Positions 1-8,544 of a DNA stretch of 64,000 nt are shown here, one piece after another. Positions within the stretch are counted from its first letter, which is position 1. Each line of letters opens with the position of its first letter. Made by a program: the position numbers and the translations under genes. This DNA is from an uncultured Actinomycetes bacterium (GTDB taxonomy: Bacteria; Actinomycetota; Acidimicrobiia; Acidimicrobiales; Acidimicrobilacustridaceae): assembly GCA_937927725.1 (NCBI GenBank), contig CALBSE010000011.1, positions 16,836 through 80,835 on the forward strand, in the 5' to 3' direction. A model generated the notes under the pieces. That model was not told where the DNA came from and did not search any database. It saw nothing but the letters and a program-made list of their open reading frames with translations.

Positions 1-192
1 GGTTGCATGGCCACCAAGTTCTTCACCGGTCTTCCGCTTGACGCTCCCGATCCGGAATGTGTGTTCGGACAAGGCGAAACGGCACTTGCAGAGCTTGAAG
101 CGAACGGTGGCGCAATTCGTCCGACCGTCAGCGTTGATCATTCGAAGCCAGTAGGCGTCGGCAAGAAGCGCATTCCAGTTTCAATCCTCTGA
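1..192 (+). CDS. mftC: Mycofactocin radical SAM maturase, 3' end only (truncated by window edge)
   Basis: Frame from base 1 reads GCMATKFFTGLPLDAPDPECV, the characteristic MftC C-terminal SPASM segment; mftD, mftE and mftF are nearby. Confidence 0.9.
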   Translation, partial: GCMATKFFTGLPLDAPDPECVFGQGETALAELEANGGAIRPTVSVDHSKPVGVGKKRIPVSIL

Positions 193-207
193 CAGTAGGA
201 TTCACTC

Positions 208-402
208 ATGGCCAAGTTGTCGTCGAACGAGATCAACCGTGCAGGTTCAGACGGTCTCGAAGACGAGCGCGGCGTCGATGTAGCTCAGATCCAAGCTCAA
301 TTGCGAATGAGTGTTCCTGAACGAGTTCGCACAATGGTCGCAGTTGCAAACGCACAAATCGCGATGCGAGAAGCATCGAAGAATTCGTCAGTGGTTGACT
401 GA
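208..402 (+). CDS. Small hypothetical protein, partner of the downstream nucleotidyltransferase
   Basis: 64 aa ORF; GVD..QI..QL..S..ER motif; its stop TGA shares a base with the next ATG (TGATG). Confidence 0.7.
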   Translation: MAKLSSNEINRAGSDGLEDERGVDVAQIQAQLRMSVPERVRTMVAVANAQIAMREASKNSSVVD

Positions 403-890
403 TGTTTGATCCCGTTCGGATCTGCGAGATCCTGAACGAGGAGGGCGTTCGTTACGTCATCGTGGGCGGAATCGCAACGGTGATGCACGGATCAAGTCTT
501 TCAACGCAAGACATCGATCTTGTTCCAGATCGGAGCGACAACAATCTTGCTCGGCTAGCGAGTGCACTTCAGCGGCTCAATGTTCGAATTCGCACCGAGG
601 GTGAGTCACTCGCAGCGAAGATCGATGAGCACTTCCTTCGCAACTCAAGCTTCATGTTGAATCTCGTGAGCGACTTCGGGGATATCGATATTGCATTCCA
701 ACCATCAGGCCCGCTCGAGGGTTACGAAGGTTGGAAAGAAGGCGCGATCGAACTTTCAATCGGAACCGACGTCACAGTTTGGGTTGCAGCACTCGATGAC
801 GTCGTTGCATCAAAGCGCGCAGCAAACAGGCCAAAGGATCAAGCTGCGCTGCCGTATTTGGAAACCTTGCGCGACCAACGAGCGGAGTAG
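402..890 (+). CDS. Minimal nucleotidyltransferase-fold protein (putative toxin/antitoxin component)
   Basis: YVIVGGIA...TQDIDL motif (GG...DxD) and C-terminal SKRAANRPKD. Confidence 0.8.
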   Translation: MFDPVRICEILNEEGVRYVIVGGIATVMHGSSLSTQDIDLVPDRSDNNLARLASALQRLNVRIRTEGESLAAKIDEHFLRNSSFMLNLVSDFGDIDIAFQPSGPLEGYEGWKEGAIELSIGTDVTVWVAALDDVVASKRAANRPKDQAALPYLETLRDQRAE

Positions 891-915
891 TTCCTACTCG
901 GAGAGTGGGGACTTG

Positions 916-2091
916 CTACTTGTCGCCGAGGGTGACGAAGAAATCGCGAGGGGCGATGACATCGTCGGGCGTGAGTTCGCTGATGTGCGATTTACCCAAA
1001 CCAAGCAAGCAGGAATCGATTCCGCCATGCAGGATGTCGAGAACGTTTTCGACACCGGCTTGACCATTGGCAGCAAGACCCCAGAGGTACGCACGGCCAA
1101 TCATCACGGCCTTCGCGCCCATAGCAACAGCCTTCACAACATCGCTGCCGCGGCGAATGCCACCGTCGAGCACCACATCGATTTCGCTACCAACCGCAGC
1201 GGCAATCGCGGGAAGTGCACGAATCGGTGACGGCGTTCCGTCGAGATTGTTGCCACCGTGGTTTGAAACGGAAAGGCCAGTGGCACCGAGATCGCGAACG
1301 CGCTTGGCGTCGTCGACGCGACACACACCCTTGACCACAAAAGGTCCGTCCCACTGCGAACGCAACCATTCGATGTCTTCCCAACTGGGAGGCGGCATGG
1401 TCATCCACTCGTAGTACGCACCAAAGAATGCCGGCGGCTTCTGACCGGGATGGGCCATGTTCGGCGCGCTGAGGTCGGGAAGCTTGCCGGTCTTGAGATA
1501 GGCGAACAGCCACTTGGGCTTTGAAAGCGCCTGCGGCGACAACTTGATCATCGTCTTGAGATCGAGCTTCTCGGGGATCCAGGGGCTGCCCCAGTCGCGA
1601 CCGTTGGAGAAGGTCCAGTCGAGCGTGAGGATGATTCCCTTGGCGCCGGCGGCCTTGGCGCGCTCGAGACGCTGCACCATGACATCGCGGCCACCGCTCC
1701 AGTACATCTGGAAAAGCAGTTGCGAGTTCACGGCAGCAACGTCTTCCATCGAACGACTACCGAACGAACTAAGACCCATCGGAATGCCGCGGTTTGCCGC
1801 AGCGCGAGCAACGGCAACTTCACCCTCGGGGTGAACGGCCTGCACGCCAGTGGGCGAAATGATGACGGGCATTGAAATGTCGAGACCAAACACCGAGGTG
1901 TTCATCGAACGCTCGGCCTGAAGGCCCGCCACATGAGGCGCGAGTCCGAGCTGGTCGAACGAGGTCAGGTTGCCGTTAAGCGACAGACCCTTCTCGGCGC
2001 CACCGATGATGGCCCCATAGACCGACTTCGGCAGACGCTTCTCGGCCCGGCGCTGTGCCACGGCAACGGTTTCAAACCACTTGTTGGCCAT
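916..2091 (-). CDS. mftD: Pre-mycofactocin synthase (FMN alpha-hydroxy acid dehydrogenase family)
   Basis: N-terminus WFETVAVAQRRAEKRLPKSVY; SNHGGNNLDG and DGGIRRGSD FMN motifs. Confidence 0.93.
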   Translation of the reverse strand: MANKWFETVAVAQRRAEKRLPKSVYGAIIGGAEKGLSLNGNLTSFDQLGLAPHVAGLQAERSMNTSVFGLDISMPVIISPTGVQAVHPEGEVAVARAAANRGIPMGLSSFGSRSMEDVAAVNSQLLFQMYWSGGRDVMVQRLERAKAAGAKGIILTLDWTFSNGRDWGSPWIPEKLDLKTMIKLSPQALSKPKWLFAYLKTGKLPDLSAPNMAHPGQKPPAFFGAYYEWMTMPPPSWEDIEWLRSQWDGPFVVKGVCRVDDAKRVRDLGATGLSVSNHGGNNLDGTPSPIRALPAIAAAVGSEIDVVLDGGIRRGSDVVKAVAMGAKAVMIGRAYLWGLAANGQAGVENVLDILHGGIDSCLLGLGKSHISELTPDDVIAPRDFFVTLGDK

Positions 2092-2159
2092 CTCAACCCT
2101 CCCAGAACGAAGGAGAACTCTACCGGGAGGCTCCTCTCAGGCCCCATTCGGCGGGTTGT

Positions 2160-3128
2160 TCACCAGAACAAGTGGTGACCGTCGTCAGGATCGGTCGGCG
2201 TCAGAACACCGAACTCCGCACGGATATCGGCAAGTGGCTGATCGACCATGGCGAAATGATCGACACGGGAAAAATCAGCGACGCACTCACCGCCCCGAGC
2301 AATCTCGGCGGCCAAGAGTTCGGCAGCGCCCGGTCGAGCGAGGATGCCCTGCTCGGCCTTCACCTTGTTTGAATCGCCAAAGCCCGCCTCATGCACGATG
2401 AGCGATGCCAACAACGCTGACCGATTCACCGAGTCATCCGTCATCGACATGAGGAACGCGCTCAGTGCGACTTCGGCTTCTGCCGATGTTCCGATTCCCG
2501 AGATCACATGCGTCATGTCATGACCGACATAGAAGTGATTCATCGGCGTTGCCTCAACGCCAGGAAGAGGAAGGCCCGCGATGTCGTAGAACTCGACGTA
2601 CGCGTGACCAAGAGTTCCCGGGGCGCATTCGCGGAATGCTTCGATGCGAGCAACAAGCTCTGGCTCAGCTGCACCATCAGGAACCGACACCTCGCGAAGC
2701 GAAGGTTCCACTCGTGCTTCAACGCTGCCAACGAGAAAGCGGGAAAAGTCCGCCTTTGCTCGCTCAGTTCCTTCATCGACCATCGTGCGGAACAACGCAG
2801 CATCAGGACCGGTGATGCCAATCGCGGCTTCATACTCCTCAGCTCGAAGGAGTTGCGCGTCGGTCAACGGATGTCGACACGCCTCGAGGGTCACGATCAT
2901 TTCTTGAAAATGACGGCGATCGATTGAAGACCGAAGCGCGTCTGCTAGTTGCGAAGGCTCAAGCGTCGCGAGCGTGCGGAGATCTAGATCGGGTCGTCGC
3001 CACACCTGCGTCACGATCGCACGCAAAACCGAGAGCTGTTCCTCGGTGATGCCTCCTTCGACATCGCAGACACCAAGAAGACCAGAAACAAAGGGTTCAA
3101 CGAGTTCAGGGGCAAGGCTCAGCGACAC
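2160..3128 (-). CDS. Hypothetical protein: TerB-like N-terminal region plus Coq4-like C-terminal region
   Basis: GTG start with AAGGAG RBS; GTLGHAY...HDMTHVISG...E motif resembles Coq4-family HDxxH-x-E. Confidence 0.6.
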   Translation of the reverse strand: MSLSLAPELVEPFVSGLLGVCDVEGGITEEQLSVLRAIVTQVWRRPDLDLRTLATLEPSQLADALRSSIDRRHFQEMIVTLEACRHPLTDAQLLRAEEYEAAIGITGPDAALFRTMVDEGTERAKADFSRFLVGSVEARVEPSLREVSVPDGAAEPELVARIEAFRECAPGTLGHAYVEFYDIAGLPLPGVEATPMNHFYVGHDMTHVISGIGTSAEAEVALSAFLMSMTDDSVNRSALLASLIVHEAGFGDSNKVKAEQGILARPGAAELLAAEIARGGECVADFSRVDHFAMVDQPLADIRAEFGVLTPTDPDDGHHLFW

Positions 3129-3226
3129 CAGTTCTCCTTACAAATCCGCAAAACGTCATCCAATCACAGCCGCGACAGAGCGTGCATCCGACCCATAGGA
3201 TCGACGAAGCCGTCCGAGGGGGACTC

Positions 3227-4339
3227 ATGGAATCTGCAGTTGCAATGGCCGAGTTGGCCGAACTTGTTGCCGCCATCAACACCGATGCAAACAACGCACG
3301 ATGGAACTTCGTTTCCGATCTTGATCGTGCGTCCTATCGCGAATTCGCCATGCACTGTCTGCATCATTCATTGCAGTTTTGGCTCGAAGCCGACCCTCTG
3401 CGTCCCCGGTGGAATCGCTGGTTCATGCCCAACAAAAAACTTCTCGGCGACAACCCCGACACTGTCTATTACGGCACAGTGATTGATCCGACAAAGGCCT
3501 ACCGAATTCGCGGCAACATCGCGAACGCCTGTTACACCTCGTTCACCGTCGAAATTGGGACCGCCGGCGGTGCAATGTCGCAGAAGCTCGGACACACACT
3601 GAACGACAGTGAGTTTGAGGTCGATGCAGCGGGAAACTACGAACTCATTGCGTCACCAAACGGGTCAGGGCCCAACTGGTTGCGGCTTGATCCCGAGGCC
3701 GGTTCGATCACGACTCGTCACTATTTCGAATGGCAACGCTGTGCGGCGCTTGATCCAAACCTTCACATTCCCCTCACGATCGAACCCCTCGTTGATCCAG
3801 GAGCACCTCCTGTCCCCGACGATGCCGCCGTGGCAGCAAACATTCGTCGGGCCATCACGTTCCTCCGTTCGGTCACCGTGGATTGGGGTCATAACCCGAT
3901 GCCTCCGGGAGCAATCCCGTGGGTGTCGGCAGAACCGAATACGTTCACGAACCCTGCTGACCACGATGGCAATCTCGGTATCGGCTACGCGGCGACCGAC
4001 AACATCTATCGATCTGCCCGCTGGAAGCTCGCGCCCGATGAGGCGCTCGAGATTCGGGGCCGATGGCCGCACTGCACGTTCGCGAACATCGTGCTGTTCA
4101 ATAACCACATGCAAACGCCCAATTACGACCGACGTCTGGTTTCACTCAATCGCGTGCAGACCGAGCTCGACGACGACGGTTCCTGGCGGATGATCCTCGC
4201 CCACTCTGACCCGGGTCTTCCCAATTGGCTCGATACGCGAGGCCTTGAGCACGGAACCATGTTCTGGCGATTCCTGTTGCCGACAGAACCACTCACGCAA
4301 TTGGAAACTCGAGTAGTGAAATTCACTGACGTGCGCTGA
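3227..4339 (+). CDS. DUF1214-like protein
   Basis: GDNPDTVY, DPGLPNWLDT and MFWRF motifs; AGGGGG RBS before ATG 3227. Confidence 0.75.
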   Translation: MESAVAMAELAELVAAINTDANNARWNFVSDLDRASYREFAMHCLHHSLQFWLEADPLRPRWNRWFMPNKKLLGDNPDTVYYGTVIDPTKAYRIRGNIANACYTSFTVEIGTAGGAMSQKLGHTLNDSEFEVDAAGNYELIASPNGSGPNWLRLDPEAGSITTRHYFEWQRCAALDPNLHIPLTIEPLVDPGAPPVPDDAAVAANIRRAITFLRSVTVDWGHNPMPPGAIPWVSAEPNTFTNPADHDGNLGIGYAATDNIYRSARWKLAPDEALEIRGRWPHCTFANIVLFNNHMQTPNYDRRLVSLNRVQTELDDDGSWRMILAHSDPGLPNWLDTRGLEHGTMFWRFLLPTEPLTQLETRVVKFTDVR

Positions 4340-4459
4340 CTCATCGCTCCTTCGCCCTCGAGTCATCTCGAAGCGTAAAGAGGGGTGAACTGCTAGGTTC
4401 CCGTTTTCAGATAACGGACCGAACTGAAACCGGCCCAAAAGTAAAATCGTGAGGTTTCC

Positions 4460-5899
4460 ATGCTTGTGAAGCGATGCATCGCTGTTGCGTACGCAGCAAT
4501 TGTCCTCTTTGGAATCGCAACAGTTTCTCCTGCGAGCGCAGCAATGACTTCAACCGCCCCCGTCGCCTTCGACACGAGTGGTTTCGGAAACGTCGATTCG
4601 GATCCTGGTCAAATCTCATGTTGGTCTCCCGGCAACTGCGCTGCAGTCGGGTACATCCGAGATGTCATGGGAAGCGGAAATCGGATTCCCTTCGTCGCCA
4701 TCTCAACAAACGGAGTTTGGTCCGCTCCTTTCGAAATCGCCTTTCCCTCTGGCATCGTCAATGGAGACGCTTGGCTCAAGGTCGTCTCATGTACCGCGGA
4801 CAGTAATTGCGCCGCCGCCGGCATTTACCAAGACCAAGCCGGCGATGACCAAGGATTCGTCGCACTTGGATTCGGACCAATTTGGACACTCGGTCAACCA
4901 TTCACTTTCGGCGGCTCAGTCGGTCCAACGCAGTACCTGCAAGTCAACTCAATCGACTGCGCAGGAAACCTTGACTGCTCAATCGTGGGCCAAGTCACCA
5001 CCAACTTCGACCCTCATGCGTATGTAATCAACTCTGTCGGTGGAAGCTTCGGAACTGCTCAGATCATTGACTTCCCGGTTGGTGTACCTCACGTACCAAA
5101 TGATTCCCTTGAAGCGGTCTCGTGTGCAGAACCCGGTGGGTGCACCGCAATTGGATACATGTCTCCTGGCGGCGGAAATCAGGACCGAATCTTTTCCATT
5201 TCCAGTAGCTCCGGGGTTTGGGGAATTCCCGAATTTCTCCCGTTCGGAACCGGTTTCGGTGGGGGTCTCACCAGCGATATCTCGTGCCCAACACTCACGA
5301 ACTGCACCACCGGAGGATGGACCTACGGCCCTAATTCCACCATTCGCGCATGGATCGCCGTTCACTCGTCAAGTGGTTGGTCAGTTCAGATTGTCGACAC
5401 GCCGTCGGATGGTGGCGGCTCCTCCCCTTGGCAAGTAATCAATTCGGTTTCGTGTTCGACTGTTGCCGTTTGCATCGCTGCTGGTCGCTATTTGGATTCA
5501 ACGGGGACCAACGGATTTCTACTGACGACAACCGATGGTTGGGCAACATTCACCTATACCGCCGTCGCTGGGAACGCGAATGGGGTTTCCTGCACACCAT
5601 CGGGACCATGCCTTGCAGTCGTCGGAGAAAACAACGATTTCTTGCAGGGATTTGGTGGCCGCGAGTGGACAACCCCTCTGCAGATTTCATCGCCATCAGG
5701 AATCACTGACCCTTCTGTCGATTCACTTTCGTGCACCAATGACGGTGTCTGCGGAGTCTTTGCGTACGGGGACAATCTGAGTATTGGTTCCAATTACGCC
5801 GCGTACGCGTTCTTTGTGACTGTTGGAACCGACCCGATTCCGACAACAACAACCACCACAACTTCCGACCAACCGGTTGCTCCTGCGTTCACCGGTTAG
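4460..5899 (+). CDS. Secreted Cys-repeat (probable beta-propeller) protein ending in PAFTG
   Basis: Signal peptide ending PASA; eight (S/D)C-x5-C repeats; Thr-rich tail followed by PAFTG-stop. Confidence 0.75.
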   Translation: MLVKRCIAVAYAAIVLFGIATVSPASAAMTSTAPVAFDTSGFGNVDSDPGQISCWSPGNCAAVGYIRDVMGSGNRIPFVAISTNGVWSAPFEIAFPSGIVNGDAWLKVVSCTADSNCAAAGIYQDQAGDDQGFVALGFGPIWTLGQPFTFGGSVGPTQYLQVNSIDCAGNLDCSIVGQVTTNFDPHAYVINSVGGSFGTAQIIDFPVGVPHVPNDSLEAVSCAEPGGCTAIGYMSPGGGNQDRIFSISSSSGVWGIPEFLPFGTGFGGGLTSDISCPTLTNCTTGGWTYGPNSTIRAWIAVHSSSGWSVQIVDTPSDGGGSSPWQVINSVSCSTVAVCIAAGRYLDSTGTNGFLLTTTDGWATFTYTAVAGNANGVSCTPSGPCLAVVGENNDFLQGFGGREWTTPLQISSPSGITDPSVDSLSCTNDGVCGVFAYGDNLSIGSNYAAYAFFVTVGTDPIPTTTTTTTSDQPVAPAFTG

Positions 5900-5922
5900 C
5901 CACGTAAGGGCAGACTGAACTC

Positions 5923-6477
5923 ATGACTCATTCACTCAACGGGATCGTGACCAGCCTGCACGCTGACGGCGAGCACAACTTCTCGAAACCCGGCATCACC
6001 GAAGCGGTGTTTCTTGCCGGCATCGGCATTGAAGGCGATGCCCACTCCGGGCCCACCACTCAACATGTGAGTCGACAGAAGAAGGATGCGAGTCGGCCCA
6101 ACCTCCGCCAGGTGCATCTCGTGGCGAGCGAGATCCACGAAGGATTGCGCTCACAGGGCTTTGACGTTCCCTTTGGCGGCTTCGGCGAAAATGTCACCAC
6201 CAGTGGAATCGAACTCGGCGACCTTCCTGTTGGGACAACGTTGACCCTTGGTGACGAAGTAATCGTTGCTCTCACTGGCTTTCGCGATCCCTGTTCACAG
6301 ATCGACAAATTTCAAGAGGGGCTTCGCGCTGCGGTCTCATTCAAACCGGAAACGGGGCCGCAGCTTTTTCGTAATGGCGTAATGTCTGTCGTGGTGCGAG
6401 GCGGAACGGTGCGAGTCGGTGACACCATCAAGGTTGCGTTACCGGCGGAACCGCATCACGTCATGCGAAAAGTCTGA
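5923..6477 (+). CDS. MOSC domain protein (YiiM-like)
   Basis: GIEGDAH, FGENVTTSG, RDPCSQID and GVMSVVVRGG.V..GD motifs. Confidence 0.88.
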   Translation: MTHSLNGIVTSLHADGEHNFSKPGITEAVFLAGIGIEGDAHSGPTTQHVSRQKKDASRPNLRQVHLVASEIHEGLRSQGFDVPFGGFGENVTTSGIELGDLPVGTTLTLGDEVIVALTGFRDPCSQIDKFQEGLRAAVSFKPETGPQLFRNGVMSVVVRGGTVRVGDTIKVALPAEPHHVMRKV

Positions 6478-6486
6478 ACGCGCCGC

Positions 6487-7311
6487 TCAATCACTACCGC
6501 GCATGGCGTTGAGCAACGGATCAATCGATCCAACCTCGCCGGCGCGGGTCTGTCCACCCGCAGCAAGAAACCGTTGCATTGGCTCACGATGTGCGCCCGC
6601 AACCATTGCCGTGTTGAGTTCTTCGCTCTCGATGGTGAGCGCAGCTGGATCGTTCTCGAGCGCGGCATTCACGACTCGCTTCACCGCAAGAACCGATCGA
6701 CGGTCAAGATGCGCGAATCGTTTGACATACACATCAAGCGCGATGTTGAGATCCTCGGAAACAACTACCGATTGCAACCAGCCAATTGAGAGAAGTTCCT
6801 CAACGCCGATGTCGCGTCCGCTCAGAATCACTTCCAGCGCTTTGGCCCGTCCGAGTTGGCGGGCCATCCGAACGGTGCCACCAGCGCCAGGGAGAATCCC
6901 CATCGGGACCTCGGGCTGACCGATGATTGCTCGAACAGTTCCGACGCGTAGATCGAGCGCGGAGAGGAATTCACAGCCGCCCCCACGTGCATACCCATCA
7001 AGAAATCCAATGGTGAGAAACGGCGCGTTGTGCAGCCGTTCGAACAGTGCAGCAGCAATATTTGGTTCGGTTACCGGTTCGCTCGATGGCGTTGACGCCA
7101 GGATTGCTTCGACATCACCGTGCATCAAGAAAAAGTCGGGATCGGCGCTGCGAAAGACAACGACTGCTACCGATTCGTCGGCTTCGAGTTCAGGTAATAA
7201 CCCAAACAGGCCGATCACCAAGTCCGCGCCAACAATGTTGTGAGGCGGAATATCGATGGTGACGGTGACAACCGCGCCATCACGTTGTGTGTGAAGCGCA
7301 GCATCACCCAT
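6487..7311 (-). CDS. Enoyl-CoA hydratase/isomerase family protein
   Basis: ARGGGCEF, QPEVPMGILPGAGGT and A.E.ILSGR crotonase motifs. Confidence 0.9.
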   Translation of the reverse strand: MGDAALHTQRDGAVVTVTIDIPPHNIVGADLVIGLFGLLPELEADESVAVVVFRSADPDFFLMHGDVEAILASTPSSEPVTEPNIAAALFERLHNAPFLTIGFLDGYARGGGCEFLSALDLRVGTVRAIIGQPEVPMGILPGAGGTVRMARQLGRAKALEVILSGRDIGVEELLSIGWLQSVVVSEDLNIALDVYVKRFAHLDRRSVLAVKRVVNAALENDPAALTIESEELNTAMVAGAHREPMQRFLAAGGQTRAGEVGSIDPLLNAMRGSD

Positions 7312-7314
7312 CAC

Positions 7315-8433
7315 TCACACCAAATCGGGAGTGAGATCAGCAAACTTCACGACTTCACATGACGGCTTCTCAATCTCACCTTCAGGAAGGAAGAAACGGA
7401 AGAACATGGTGCCGAGATTGCGACCTTCGGTGTCGATCCAATTTGGGTGTCCAGGATCAGAATGCGCAAGCACCATCGTGAAGCTTCCGTCAGCGTTCAG
7501 TGTGGTGTTCGCGCGGTTACGACTGACCTGACGGTTTACGTAGTCATACATCTGCGACCAACGGTTCCAGAGGCAGATATTGCCGAACACGCACTCGGGC
7601 CAACGACCACGAATGACAAGTGCTTCGTCATCGCCGATGAGATACGGGGCCATCGCATAGGCGGCATCAAACGCAGCAAAGGCCATGTTTCCTGGCACCA
7701 CAGGTTGCGGAAGCTCGTTAGGAATGCGAGACACAAACGGAATCGGCGTGTCTTCCGAAGGCGCGACCGAACCAACGGTCTTGGTACGCACGTGATTAAT
7801 CACTCGCTGCAATGCGGCCGAGACGCGTTCATCGTTCCAGCGCGGAGGTGCGGGAACTTTGGTGACTGCCTCGATGCTGATCGGCACATGCAAGGTTTGT
7901 GAGGCTGACGAGGACCATGGAAATTCGAAGTAGTGACGCGTGGTGATGCGCCCTCCATCGGCAGGAATCTCGAGCCAATTCCGATCGGCGGCGGGACCGC
8001 CGAGTCGAATCTCGTAATTGCCATCGGCATCGATGTCCATCTCGGTGTCATTAAGAACGCCCGAGGTATGAGTGGCATAGGAACCGTCGGCCGCACCCGC
8101 TTCCATCGTGAACGAGGTGTAGACCGCGCCGGCAATATTTCCCCGAACGATGTATTCGTTCCCTGGAGCGACAGGAGTTTCAAAGTAGATCGCGTCTGAG
8201 TTGTCACCGGTGAATGACCGAGTGGGCGACACGATGCGATTGAAGACTGGTCGCTGGGGGTCGAACTCCTGGTGTGAGTAGAGCGCGCTCTGGAGAATGT
8301 GTGTGAGGTTCCGGTAACCTTCGGCCACATCGTCATCGCTCATGGCCGGGCCGGGAACGACCCATTCGTCACCTGCCTGCTGAAGCAATGCCACTAATTC
8401 GTTGTACTTCTCGCGCGATTGAAGTTCGCCCAT
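7315..8433 (-). CDS. DUF1214-like protein (paralog of 3227-4339)
   Basis: GDNSDAIY, YTSFTME, ITTRHYFE and DPGHPNWIDT; start placed at ATG 8433 after RBS GGGGGAA. Confidence 0.75.
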   Translation of the reverse strand: MGELQSREKYNELVALLQQAGDEWVVPGPAMSDDDVAEGYRNLTHILQSALYSHQEFDPQRPVFNRIVSPTRSFTGDNSDAIYFETPVAPGNEYIVRGNIAGAVYTSFTMEAGAADGSYATHTSGVLNDTEMDIDADGNYEIRLGGPAADRNWLEIPADGGRITTRHYFEFPWSSSASQTLHVPISIEAVTKVPAPPRWNDERVSAALQRVINHVRTKTVGSVAPSEDTPIPFVSRIPNELPQPVVPGNMAFAAFDAAYAMAPYLIGDDEALVIRGRWPECVFGNICLWNRWSQMYDYVNRQVSRNRANTTLNADGSFTMVLAHSDPGHPNWIDTEGRNLGTMFFRFFLPEGEIEKPSCEVVKFADLTPDLV

Positions 8434-8436
8434 GAC

Positions 8437-8542
8437 TTCCCCCTTGAAACGACAGGTGAGCATCCTCGCAAAGATTGCCCGAGCCTGCACACAGGTACAC
8501 CGCCCCGCTCGGACGGCTACGGTCGGCATTTTCAAGGGGGAA
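8437..8542. repeat. Perfect 13-bp inverted repeat bracketing a divergent intergenic region
   Basis: TTCCCCCTTGAAA (8437-8449) and TTTCAAGGGGGAA (8530-8542). Confidence 0.85.
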
Positions 8543-8544
8543 CC

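Noticed and set aside
5897-5926. PAFTG as a normal sortase signal cut by a premature stop
   Set aside because: Readthrough gives PRKGRLNS-stop with no TM helix, and the second protein stops at the same residue with a different stop codon.
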